From Candidatus Giovannonibacteria bacterium (GTDB lineage: Bacteria; Patescibacteriota; Minisyncoccia; UBA11713; 2-01-FULL-45-33): DNA of 64,000 bases. The notes under the pieces were generated by a model, which was not told where the DNA came from, did no database searches, and saw only the letters and a list, made by a program, of their open reading frames with translations. Where the stretch lies: assembly GCA_016176295.1 (NCBI GenBank), contig JACOXN010000003.1, forward strand, positions 28,212 through 92,211, read 5' to 3'. The translations under genes and the position numbers were made by a program. Below are positions 1-7,865 of the stretch, piece by piece (position 1 is the first letter of the stretch; every line of letters starts with the position of its first letter).

Positions 1-941
1 TTATTTCCAAAGGCGCCAAAATAAAAGTCATCTTTTTCGGCTCCACCGAAGAAACCAAATGGTTCGCGGACTATGTGAATCAAAACCCTTCTTTGGGATA
101 CAAAATAGAAGTTGTAACCGCCGAGGAAGATATCCGAAATGCTCTCAAGAAAAAACCGGCTGACTTGATCGTAGTCGAACCCAACGCTCTCGAAAATAAG
201 GAATTGGTAAAAATGTTCTACGAGGTGCTCCCTATGGGAATTTCAATAATGAATTTCGCCGAGTTCCACGAGCATCTAACCGGCAAAGTCCCCACTTCGC
301 TCATCACCGAGTCATGGTTCCTGGAAAATTTGATGGAATTGAACAAACAATCATTCGAAACAATGAAGCGTGGGATAGATATCATAGGCGGAGCCGTGAT
401 ACTGGCCATCACTTTTCTCTTTTATCCGATAGTCGGACTTTTCATAATTTTGGATTCAGAGGGCCCCGTTCTTTTCAGACAAGCTCGCGCGGGAAAGAAC
501 GGAAAAGCATTCAGCCTGGTAAAATTCCGCTCGATGGTAAAAGGCGCCGAAGAAATCAGCGGACTTAAAGAATCATCGGGCGGCAAAAAAGACGCAAGGA
601 TCACGAGAGTCGGCAAAATCCTCCGGAAAATTTATATCGACGAACTGCCGCAGGTGATAAACATAATCAAAGGAGAAATGTCTTTCGTAGGTCCCCGGCC
701 GGAGCGCCCGGAGTTCGTCAAAGTTTTAAAAACAAAAGTTCCTTATTACGACATGCGCCTTTTGGTGCGCCCCGGCATCACCGGCTGGGCGCAGATAAGC
801 ATGAAGAACGATGCTTCCGTGGAAGACGCACCGGAAAAGCTGCAATACGACCTCTATTACATCAAAAACCGCACCATCACCATGGATCTCGCCATAATGC
901 TAAAAACCCTCACCACGATGCTCGGGAGAAGCGGCAAGTAA
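1..941 (+). CDS. Polyprenyl-phosphate glycosyl-1-phosphate transferase (bacterial sugar transferase family, WbaP/CpsE-like); 5' end lies outside the window
   Basis: The frame is open from base 3 (ISKGAKIKVIFFGSTEE...), so the GTG at 75 in the ORF track is probably internal. One TM segment (IIGGAVILAITFLFYPIVGLFIIL) is followed by a catalytic domain with KFRSM, DELPQ, FVGPRPERPEF and RPGITGWAQI motifs. Confidence 0.85.
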   Translation, partial: ISKGAKIKVIFFGSTEETKWFADYVNQNPSLGYKIEVVTAEEDIRNALKKKPADLIVVEPNALENKELVKMFYEVLPMGISIMNFAEFHEHLTGKVPTSLITESWFLENLMELNKQSFETMKRGIDIIGGAVILAITFLFYPIVGLFIILDSEGPVLFRQARAGKNGKAFSLVKFRSMVKGAEEISGLKESSGGKKDARITRVGKILRKIYIDELPQVINIIKGEMSFVGPRPERPEFVKVLKTKVPYYDMRLLVRPGITGWAQISMKNDASVEDAPEKLQYDLYYIKNRTITMDLAIMLKTLTTMLGRSGK

Positions 942-955
942 ACGTGATTCTGTTC

Positions 956-1095
956 AGGAAAACTAAAGTGTTTCTGAACGGATTTTGCGCCATTTTCAGC
1001 AAGGTCTCCGCAGCAGCGGAGTGAAAATGTGCGCAACCCTCGGAGCCCCGCGCTGGCGGGGCGAGAATGAGTGAAAAAACACTTAAGTTTTTCCT
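956..1095. repeat. Structured repeat element, copy A (nested helices P0-P4; candidate structured RNA or REP/MITE-like element)
   Basis: Pairings read directly from the sequence. P0 956-964/1086-1095; P1 966-973/1077-1084; P2 985-998/1022-1036. P3 hairpin CTCCGC-AGCA-GCGGAG at 1006-1021; P4 hairpin GCCCCGC-GCTG-GCGGGGC at 1045-1062. Homologous to 39624-39759 in the same orientation. GC-rich relative to its surroundings. Lies between two convergent genes and touches the stop codon of the 1094-4789 gene. Confidence 0.8.
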
Positions 1096-4000
1096 AAAAC
1101 AAATTCGGGGGCGAGCTGATGGCTATATTGTTTTCAAAAGTTAAATTCAAAACGTTTAAAGTCGAGTTGGCGGTAAGGATGGCGAGAGAGTTGCTGGAGA
1201 ATAATATACCATCAAGCGATGCGTTTGAATTTAGTATCATAAGACCTGTCCCCGGCCCGCCTCCGGGAGCGCTTGTGTGTTCGCTGAATTCAAAATTGGC
1301 AAGCGAAATGTTTGAGCCTCCGTCTATTCTCATACCGATGTTATAATTTTTCTCAATTTTCCCCTGGTTCAAATTTAGTGTCCCCCCGTTCACGCTAAAC
1401 CCCGCGCACTGATTGTTGCAGGCTGCCGGGCCTCCCCCGCCGTGGCGCAAAGTAAATCCGGCGCCGTAAGCCGCACTCCCGGAATTCATAACGATGCCTT
1501 TCCATTGGCCGGGAGCCGAATCACCCAACGAAGAAAACAAAATATCGTCCGCCGAAACTCCTTTCATTTCCAAAGTTCCATTGATTTCCAACGAACTCGA
1601 ATCACCAGCACCCAATATCTTTGTTCCCGATTCTATAACCAAGCCGAAATTCTGCGGCACGGAAAGCGTGGTCCTTGAGGGAATAATGTAAGGCAACGGA
1701 TTGGCCGAAAGCGTGGTTGTGCCGGAAGAAGAAGTGAGAGATCCGGAAAGCGAAATACCATTTATTCCATTGCTGGAACCGCCGTTTCCGGAAAAAATTC
1801 CAATCCTGCCATTTGACGTAACGGCATCGGAAATATTTCCGATAAATTCGTTATCCGAAACCGAAGCATCCGAACTTTGCACATTGAGCCCGTAATAATT
1901 CCCGGAAAAAATGTTACGAGAAATATTCGGCGTTCCTCCGCCTATTGTCAGGCCGCTCTGATATATTGTAGAGTTTTCGGAAAACAAATTGTCTGAAATA
2001 TCGGCATCTGATCCGGATACTTTTAGGCCGTCGCTCCAGGATTTTTCAAAAATGGAATGAGTAATCTCCGCCGGAGAACTTTCGACAGCTACCATGGAAC
2101 GAAAGTTATTCGGCGTATTGCCGTACCATCTTCCACCGTAACGAAATCTGGAGTGAGATATTACATTTTGTGATGCAGGGCCGACCAACAATACATTCTT
2201 CCAGGCACCCGGAGACGGCTCCGTGGTGGTGGCATCGCCATTCGTATCTCCGCCGAATTCATCGTCAAAGATGCTGGTGAAAACTATCGGTTTCTCTCCG
2301 GTTCCTTCCGCTTTTAAAGTGCCTTCGATGTTGAGCAGCGCATCGCTGCCGAATTTGATAACAACTCCCGGCTCGATATTTAACACGACGCTAGGTTTGA
2401 CTGTAAAATTTATATTTCTGGGGATAATGTACGGGCTTCTTCCGAAGATTAAAGTTTTGTCGCTTTCAAGAACCGAACCCGGAGCGATGATGTAATTCAG
2501 GCTATTCCGGTTTTTCGGAGTTGCCGATAAAAACAAACCATTTTTATCGTGCCCGCGCGTGACAACCGTGCTATCGGCGCTTCCCCAGTTGTACGGGTCC
2601 GAAGAAGAAATATCCGCATCCCTCCGTTCCATGCTGTATCCGCTTCCGAAGCTTGATCCGCCGCACCATCTGCCTTCGCAAAGAGGCACGCGGTCGATGG
2701 TTGTCGAACCCCGGCTTAAAATTAATACTTCTCCCGAATTTGAAAGTCCGGAACCCGCGGCTCCGCCAGCCGGCGGACCGCTGAAAGGTAAAATCAAATC
2801 AGCCGGAATGTCGCTTACGGTTTCATCGTTTGAACGCTCTATCAAAAAATATCCGTGAGCCGGTAAAACTCCGGAAAGCGGAAGGTAAGGCACGCCGTCC
2901 TCCGCTTTCAATACCCAGCCGCTAAGATCTATGGGCAGAGATGTGCGGTTATACAGTTCCATCCATTCGTCGGACGGGTCAGAGGGAGTTCCCATCCAGG
3001 CGACTTCGTTTATTACCACCGGGCTCGCCGAAACTTCAACGGTTTTGGAAAGAGGAGGGCTTTCGTTTCCGGTTGTGTCAACGGCTTTCGCGGAAAAAGA
3101 ATAAATTCTGTTGTCTTCGGCCGCAAAAACGGTCGAGGTGGCATGCGTATTTAAAAAATCAAAACCGCTGCAATAAAGTCCGCCGTTCATGCAAGAAATA
3201 TCATAGTACTCCAAGTCAGCTGTATCTGAATTCCATGCCAAAGTAAAAGATCCGGGATTTAAGAGGCATGATTCAAAAGATATGGAATCCGCACATTCGA
3301 GAATTGAGAAAGAAATATCGGGAGGAGTGACATCATTGGTCAACCCGGCAGGTTGACCAGGCGGGAAAACACTCGGTGTTTCAAGTGGTTCAACACCGAG
3401 TGTTGAGGAGCCAGGCAAATCGGAGGAGGGCGCGGCTTGCTCCAACGTCATCGTCGGAGTTCCTCCGCCAAATCCCGGCACGTACGGAATAGATGTTGGA
3501 ACCGGCGCTGGCGTTGGCACAATTTCATTGGATGTGAATTCTCCCAAAACTTCGCCTTCCGTACCTCCCCTCGCACACTCCCTGCCTGCCGGCAGGCAGT
3601 CTTCTAAAGGAGGAGAAATTGAATTGTTCTCGCCCGGCAGAGAAAAACTCGGTGCCGCTTCGGCAACAGTGTCGTTTCGCGGTAATGAGATTTGAAAAGC
3701 GCTCGCCGGAATTTCATCAATGAGCGGGGTCGGCTCCGCCTGCTCCGCCCCAAAAGTTCCGGCCACTGCCGAATATATTTTTTCCGACAATGGTATTCCC
3801 TTCGCCCATAATTCTTTGCTTTTCCTCTCCTTTTCCGCTTCCTCAAAAAATAATCTCATTACTCCCGCGCCGTGTAATACGGCCTGTTTGGAAAGATGTG
3901 ACCAGTAGTCGGTGAGGATTAGGTTATCAGGATCATCTAGAAAATAGTCTTTTTTCTCTGGACTTTGCCATTCAAATTTAGCTAATCGTGCAGCTAATAT

Positions 4001-4789
4001 AATATCATTGTTATACGCAAATATTACAGACTTTCCGTTACTTCTAATTATTTCAACCTCATTAGATATTTTTGGTTTAACATAATCAGTAAACAAAATC
4101 GTATCTTTACTAAAAAAATTACTATTTGAATAACGAGACAAAGAATCAAAATAATCTTGAAGCGTACCAAACGCCAGTGGTTGTGCAGAATCGCCATACA
4201 AAGATTTTGCTAACCCCTCAATTTCAGTGGGCGTAAATTTTTTAGTCCAATACTCGTAAGGGCTGCCGAAATCCAAAACCGGCGGATGAGGATCGTTCCT
4301 TGTGTGGTCCGGCACAGATGCGTCTTCCACTAAATGCAAAATATTTCCCAAAGCAATAAACCCGCGCTCCTTATCTGTCCAAACATAGTCGTGTACGGCC
4401 CTCTGCCAAGAATAATCGGTACGCGAGTCGAAATATCCCATAGAAACTGCCGCAAGTGAGCTGCCGCTAATGGCATACGACGGGTCATACAAAGACTGGC
4501 GAAAAGTGCTCTCCGCCCAAATTTTGGACGCAGGAAAACCCCAAAGGCCCCTGTCATAAACGGGGTCATAAAAATGATTCATCGGGCGTATGTTTTCGTC
4601 CTCGATAATACTCCCTATTTTAACCCATTCTTTCTCTTCCGTAGTCAATGAAAGTTCCGGATAATACAAATTAAACAGATCGACTATTTCATCGGTTAAC
4701 GCCGGATGGGTTGTTTGATCGCTATAAGCAAAAGAAAACAGCGGGGAAAAGAAGGACAATAAAAGCAAAGTGGTGACTCGTATTTTCAT
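1094..4789 (-). CDS. Giant secreted surface protein: signal peptide, Zn-phospholipase-C-like domain, Pro/Ser-rich linker, lamin-tail domain (LTD), right-handed beta-helix repeats
   Basis: 1231-aa ORF. Signal-like N-terminus MKIRVTTLLLLSFFSPLFSFAYS. HLVEDASVPDHTRNDPH His/Asp cluster resembling Zn-dependent PLC. LTD signature VVINEVAWMGTPSDPSDEWMELYN..GWVLK..GYFLIERS..LSNSGEVLILS. The C-terminal ~450 aa are periodic G/S/N-rich repeats (ISxNxF, NGI) typical of parallel beta-helix proteins. Confidence 0.8.
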   Translation of the reverse strand: MKIRVTTLLLLSFFSPLFSFAYSDQTTHPALTDEIVDLFNLYYPELSLTTEEKEWVKIGSIIEDENIRPMNHFYDPVYDRGLWGFPASKIWAESTFRQSLYDPSYAISGSSLAAVSMGYFDSRTDYSWQRAVHDYVWTDKERGFIALGNILHLVEDASVPDHTRNDPHPPVLDFGSPYEYWTKKFTPTEIEGLAKSLYGDSAQPLAFGTLQDYFDSLSRYSNSNFFSKDTILFTDYVKPKISNEVEIIRSNGKSVIFAYNNDIILAARLAKFEWQSPEKKDYFLDDPDNLILTDYWSHLSKQAVLHGAGVMRLFFEEAEKERKSKELWAKGIPLSEKIYSAVAGTFGAEQAEPTPLIDEIPASAFQISLPRNDTVAEAAPSFSLPGENNSISPPLEDCLPAGRECARGGTEGEVLGEFTSNEIVPTPAPVPTSIPYVPGFGGGTPTMTLEQAAPSSDLPGSSTLGVEPLETPSVFPPGQPAGLTNDVTPPDISFSILECADSISFESCLLNPGSFTLAWNSDTADLEYYDISCMNGGLYCSGFDFLNTHATSTVFAAEDNRIYSFSAKAVDTTGNESPPLSKTVEVSASPVVINEVAWMGTPSDPSDEWMELYNRTSLPIDLSGWVLKAEDGVPYLPLSGVLPAHGYFLIERSNDETVSDIPADLILPFSGPPAGGAAGSGLSNSGEVLILSRGSTTIDRVPLCEGRWCGGSSFGSGYSMERRDADISSSDPYNWGSADSTVVTRGHDKNGLFLSATPKNRNSLNYIIAPGSVLESDKTLIFGRSPYIIPRNINFTVKPSVVLNIEPGVVIKFGSDALLNIEGTLKAEGTGEKPIVFTSIFDDEFGGDTNGDATTTEPSPGAWKNVLLVGPASQNVISHSRFRYGGRWYGNTPNNFRSMVAVESSPAEITHSIFEKSWSDGLKVSGSDADISDNLFSENSTIYQSGLTIGGGTPNISRNIFSGNYYGLNVQSSDASVSDNEFIGNISDAVTSNGRIGIFSGNGGSSNGINGISLSGSLTSSSGTTTLSANPLPYIIPSRTTLSVPQNFGLVIESGTKILGAGDSSSLEINGTLEMKGVSADDILFSSLGDSAPGQWKGIVMNSGSAAYGAGFTLRHGGGGPAACNNQCAGFSVNGGTLNLNQGKIEKNYNIGMRIDGGSNISLANFEFSEHTSAPGGGPGTGLMILNSNASLDGILFSSNSLAILTANSTLNVLNLTFENNIAISSPPNLF

Positions 4790-4850
4790 GAAATTAGCTT
4801 AAATTTTATAAGCTAATTTGTAGCAAAATGATTAAAACTTTTCAATATCC

Positions 4851-4872
4851 AAAAAATCCGCCAAGAAGCGGA
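4851..4872 (-). terminator. Candidate intrinsic terminator after the 4906-5391 gene
   Basis: On the minus strand: TCCGC-ttcttg-GCGGA followed by TTTTTT. The stem is short (5 bp). Confidence 0.4.
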
Positions 4873-4905
4873 ACAAATGATTACCAAAGTTGCACATTAA
4901 TAAAT

Positions 4906-5391
4906 CTAAAGCTCAACAATTTTCCAAACACCATTGGAACCCATTGCAATATCTATAGCCAAAGCTAATTGATTTACATCGTTGTAAATGTAAAAAGTAA
5001 AGCGCGAATCTCCGAGAGCTTTTTTCTCTTTTGGTCTATTTAAATCACTTACCATCAATGTTAGTTTGTTATTATCCTTAATCTTCTTTAAATTCTCTTT
5101 CCACTTTTCCTGGTCATCAATAATAAAATATTTCGCGGCCAAATCGGTGTCCCCGGCTTTTAAGGCATCAATGAAAAGCTGGAGGGTTTCTTCGGGGGTT
5201 TTGCCGCCGTAGGTGTCTGCCATGTACTTTTGCTCAAGCTCTTTCTGCAGCTCCTCGGCGCGTCGAGCGTCATCGCGCGGACCTTTTAGATTGTAGTAGT
5301 CAACGGCAAAAATAACGGCCAGCCCCAAAACAATCAGCCCCAAAAGCATCCCAAAGAATTTCCAAAAGTGTTTATTCGTCATCAGCTGCAT
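4906..5391 (-). CDS. Hypothetical membrane-anchored protein
   Basis: 161-aa ORF with an N-terminal hydrophobic anchor (FWKFFGMLLGLIVLGLAVIFAV) and a charged extracytoplasmic domain. No recognisable motif. Confidence 0.6.
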   Translation of the reverse strand: MQLMTNKHFWKFFGMLLGLIVLGLAVIFAVDYYNLKGPRDDARRAEELQKELEQKYMADTYGGKTPEETLQLFIDALKAGDTDLAAKYFIIDDQEKWKENLKKIKDNNKLTLMVSDLNRPKEKKALGDSRFTFYIYNDVNQLALAIDIAMGSNGVWKIVEL

Positions 5392-5451
5392 AATATTTAT
5401 ATATTATCCCGTAACAACCTTAAAATCAACAATTCAATAAAATTTTAAGCC

Positions 5452-5489
5452 ATACTCAATTTTGTACGACCGTTTGTTTTTGAGTATAT
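5452..5489. repeat. 38-nt dyad-symmetric repeat, copy 1 (ATACTCAA-N22-TTGAGTAT)
   Basis: ATACTCAATTTTGTACGACCGTTTGTTTTTGAGTATAT matches 6078-6115 at 35 of 38 positions. 8-bp outer inverted arms plus a central ACGACCGT near-palindrome. Lies just downstream of the PaaX-like gene. Confidence 0.75.
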
Positions 5490-5512
5490 TCATAAAGCGT
5501 CTGAACATGCTA

Positions 5513-6052
5513 TCAAAGACCGAAAAACGACCTTAACTCCCCATCCTCCGGTATGGCAGCCGAATCTATTAAGATCAGTTCTTTGCCAAATATAAAGTCG
5601 CTCCAGAGATCAAAAAAATCTTCCGGCAGGCGGTAAGGATAAGCCCAAACGCTTTTTTGAAGCTGGTAAAATCCGAAACCGGTCAGTTCCTTGCGGAAAA
5701 AATCCCTTTTGCTCCTTACCTTCTCCGGTATATCAAAAATCAGCAATCGCCATTTGCCGTCCCACTTTTTAGATTTGGATAAATCCAACTTCAACTTTAT
5801 ACGCAACGCCAAAGCTTCCCCCGCTTCCGAAAGGCAATACTCTACTTTTCCTTTCCGGCGCTCTCCGATAATAAGCCCCTTCTTTTCCAGCCTGTTCAGA
5901 GTATTTCTGAACGATTGAGGCTTAGCGTGAACGCAAAAAGCATGGAAATAAGGATGCGGCCAAAAAGATTCGACAAAAGCTTTGTTAAGAGCGTCTAATA
6001 TCAAAACCGCAGAATCCGAAAGCGTTGGCTCATAAATTATCTTTTTTCGCAT
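5513..6052 (-). CDS. PaaX-family-like transcriptional regulator (N-terminal wHTH plus Cas2-like ferredoxin-fold domain)
   Basis: WDGKWRLLIFDIPEKVRSKRDFFRKELTGFGFYQLQKSVWAYPY is the characteristic PaaX/Cas2-fold segment. The start is set at MRKKIIYEPT (6052) because the longer track ORF (to 6121) overlaps the ArsR gene. Confidence 0.65.
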   Translation of the reverse strand: MRKKIIYEPTLSDSAVLILDALNKAFVESFWPHPYFHAFCVHAKPQSFRNTLNRLEKKGLIIGERRKGKVEYCLSEAGEALALRIKLKLDLSKSKKWDGKWRLLIFDIPEKVRSKRDFFRKELTGFGFYQLQKSVWAYPYRLPEDFFDLWSDFIFGKELILIDSAAIPEDGELRSFFGL

Positions 6053-6071
6053 AAAATAAGATTTAATTATT

Positions 6072-6335
6072 TTATATATACTCAATTTGATACGACCGTT
6101 CGTTTTTGAGTATATGACCATTGAGCAGACTGGCCTGTACCAAGCGTCTCGTGTGTTCCGAAATTGTTTTAATGTTTGCCTCTAAATCGTTCGCTATCCC
6201 TTCAGCGGTAATGCCTTCAAATTTATCAACAAGCATCAAAATCTCAATACGTCGATGATTTGCAATGCCTTTGAAGTTTCTCTCCATTTGCCTGGCCGTT
6301 TTTGTTTTGTCTTTCATAGTATTTAACATAAGCAC
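6072..6335 (-). CDS. ArsR/SmtB-family winged-helix transcriptional regulator
   Basis: 87-aa ORF. FKGIANHRRIEILMLV..EGITAEGIANDLEANIKTISEHTRRLVQASLL is a typical ArsR HTH core. Alternative ATG starts at 6329 and 6317. Confidence 0.75.
   Translation of the reverse strand: MLMLNTMKDKTKTARQMERNFKGIANHRRIEILMLVDKFEGITAEGIANDLEANIKTISEHTRRLVQASLLNGHILKNERSYQIEYI
6078..6115. repeat. 38-nt dyad-symmetric repeat, copy 2
   Basis: ATACTCAATTTGATACGACCGTTCGTTTTTGAGTATAT. Overlaps the last codons of the ArsR gene and sits ~25 nt upstream of the PaaX-like start. Confidence 0.75.
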
Positions 6336-6338
6336 ATC

Positions 6339-6366
6339 ATTCCAACATTCTTGAGAATGTTGGAAT
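6339..6366. promoter_or_regulatory. Perfect 12-4-12 palindrome immediately upstream of the ArsR gene (candidate operator)
   Basis: ATTCCAACATTC-ttga-GAATGTTGGAAT, 4 nt upstream of the annotated GTG. ArsR/SmtB repressors classically autoregulate through imperfect 12-2-12-type inverted repeats. Confidence 0.5.
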
Positions 6367-6498
6367 CAAAAAATATTCAGTAATATCTACTCCGCATTAA
6401 TTTCTGATATTTACATCCTATATTTTTTATCACAAAGAGAGGTTAAGCATTCTCTAAATCGACAAGTCATTCTAGTTATTGCGCAATATTGAACTTAA

Positions 6499-7059
6499 CT
6501 AGACTAATTTCGACTCACCCGAAAAATCACGGTAAGGATAAAATACAACGCCATGGAGCTCCAAAACATCCGTTCCGCAAGTTTTTGCTTTATGTCGTGC
6601 CTTATCTATATACTCCAGAAAAAGATTGTGATCCATTTTGAGATCTGTATATAGATCTTCCTTATCAAGCATAATATGTTTTGCGTTGATTTTTTTTATG
6701 ATTGCCTCAAGATTATTTACTCCGTTTTTTGTTTCGATCTTGGGCACAAGTCCAATGCTTGCGGGCAGCTGTTTGCGGATTTCATAAATTTTCAACGGGT
6801 CTTCAACGTTTGAAACGGCAAAATATTTAATATTTGGGAATTTTTTTACTAATGATAGAGTTTCCTTAAGCGTAATACTGGGCCGAGGCGGCTTGGAACG
6901 CCCCTGCGGATAATCCAGATAAACATCATGCTTAATTCTTTTCAGCAGACCAGTCAAAGAAACCAAGTCCTTTACCCAAGCAACATTTATACGAAGAACC
7001 GCCCCTTTGGGAAGCTTAAGCGGCGTTGTATCAAGAACATGGTGTGAAACTATCAGCAT
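6499..7059 (-). CDS. Minimal pyruvate-kinase-barrel-like protein (function unknown)
   Basis: 186 aa. The segments LRINVAWV, YFAVSNVEDPLKIYEIRKQL, LVPKIETKNGVNNLEAII and HIMLDKEDLYTDL parallel the PK A-domain blocks (MRLNFSHG, FIAASF.., SKIENQEG.NN.DEIL, GIMVARGDLG.EI). The B and C domains are missing and the RGDLG loop is altered. Confidence 0.4.
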   Translation of the reverse strand: MLIVSHHVLDTTPLKLPKGAVLRINVAWVKDLVSLTGLLKRIKHDVYLDYPQGRSKPPRPSITLKETLSLVKKFPNIKYFAVSNVEDPLKIYEIRKQLPASIGLVPKIETKNGVNNLEAIIKKINAKHIMLDKEDLYTDLKMDHNLFLEYIDKARHKAKTCGTDVLELHGVVFYPYRDFSGESKLV

Positions 7060-7063
7060 ATTT

Positions 7064-7516
7064 TTATGTATTTTCTTTTTGGTCTTGAATCTTTTTAATA
7101 ATTTGGCTTGTTGATATGCCGTGGTGATAACCCAATTTATGAACCTTTCCTCCGATTTTTTTCATGGTTTTTTCACCGGGTATTTCTTCATTTTCTTCCC
7201 AACCTGCGCCGGGGCCCTTTGCTAAAATATGTGGCTTCAATTTTTTAATAATTTTATCAGGCTCAAGTTCTTTTTGCACCACAATCTTGTCCACAAAAAC
7301 ACAGTGTTGAATCAAATGCATCCTATCCTTAAGACTAATCACCGGTTTTCTTTTGAAAGACTCCGCTACCTCGTCGGTGAAAAGCCCTACTATGAGTTCG
7401 TCACCCAATGCTTTGGCCTCTTTAAGGAGCTCTACATGCCCTTTATGGAAAAGGTCAAAAACGCCATAAGTATAAACAACGGTCTTTTTCATTTTATGCT
7501 GTTTTTTTGGCGCCAT
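7064..7516 (-). CDS. tagD: Cytidylyltransferase, glycerol-3-phosphate cytidylyltransferase (TagD)-like
   Basis: YGVFDLFHKGHVELLKEAKALGDELIVGL (HxGH nucleotidyltransferase motif) and C-terminal GISTSQIIKKI. An alternative start at 7492 (MKKTVVY) is possible. Confidence 0.7.
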   Translation of the reverse strand: MAPKKQHKMKKTVVYTYGVFDLFHKGHVELLKEAKALGDELIVGLFTDEVAESFKRKPVISLKDRMHLIQHCVFVDKIVVQKELEPDKIIKKLKPHILAKGPGAGWEENEEIPGEKTMKKIGGKVHKLGYHHGISTSQIIKKIQDQKENT

Positions 7517-7568
7517 AATATTAAATATAACTTCGGTATTTTTTATATTGTTTCATAACAAATTAAAT

Positions 7569-7856
7569 TTATATTTTCAATTTCTTATTTTTCATTTGCG
7601 ACCCTCTAACTTTCAAATAAAGGACCAGGCAAATTGCCAAAAAAAATAACCCGAAAATATATTTGATTACCAGCGGTGGCTGTTGGATAAGACTGGCGTA
7701 CCAAAGAGCTATAATATTCGCAATAAATTGGATAAAAAGCAAGAGAAAGCTTAAGCCTTCCACGGTTTTAGTCTTCATCGTTTTAATTATCTGCGGAATA
7801 TAACAGATTGTAAACAAAATTGTAGCTATCCAGCCCAAAAGTGATGATAGTTCCAT
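7569..7856 (-). CDS. PQ-loop / SemiSWEET-type small membrane protein
   Basis: 95 aa with three predicted TM helices and a PQ motif in TM1 (ICYIPQIIKTMKTK). Confidence 0.7.
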   Translation of the reverse strand: MELSSLLGWIATILFTICYIPQIIKTMKTKTVEGLSFLLLFIQFIANIIALWYASLIQQPPLVIKYIFGLFFLAICLVLYLKVRGSQMKNKKLKI

Positions 7857-7865
7857 GTGCGTAAG

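Noticed and set aside
4791-4819. Palindrome AAATTAGCTTA-N7-TAAGCTAATTT abutting the start codon of the giant surface-protein gene
   Set aside because: It may be a translational or operator hairpin, but it is AT-rich and a single copy, with no supporting conservation available. It is recorded only as a possibility.
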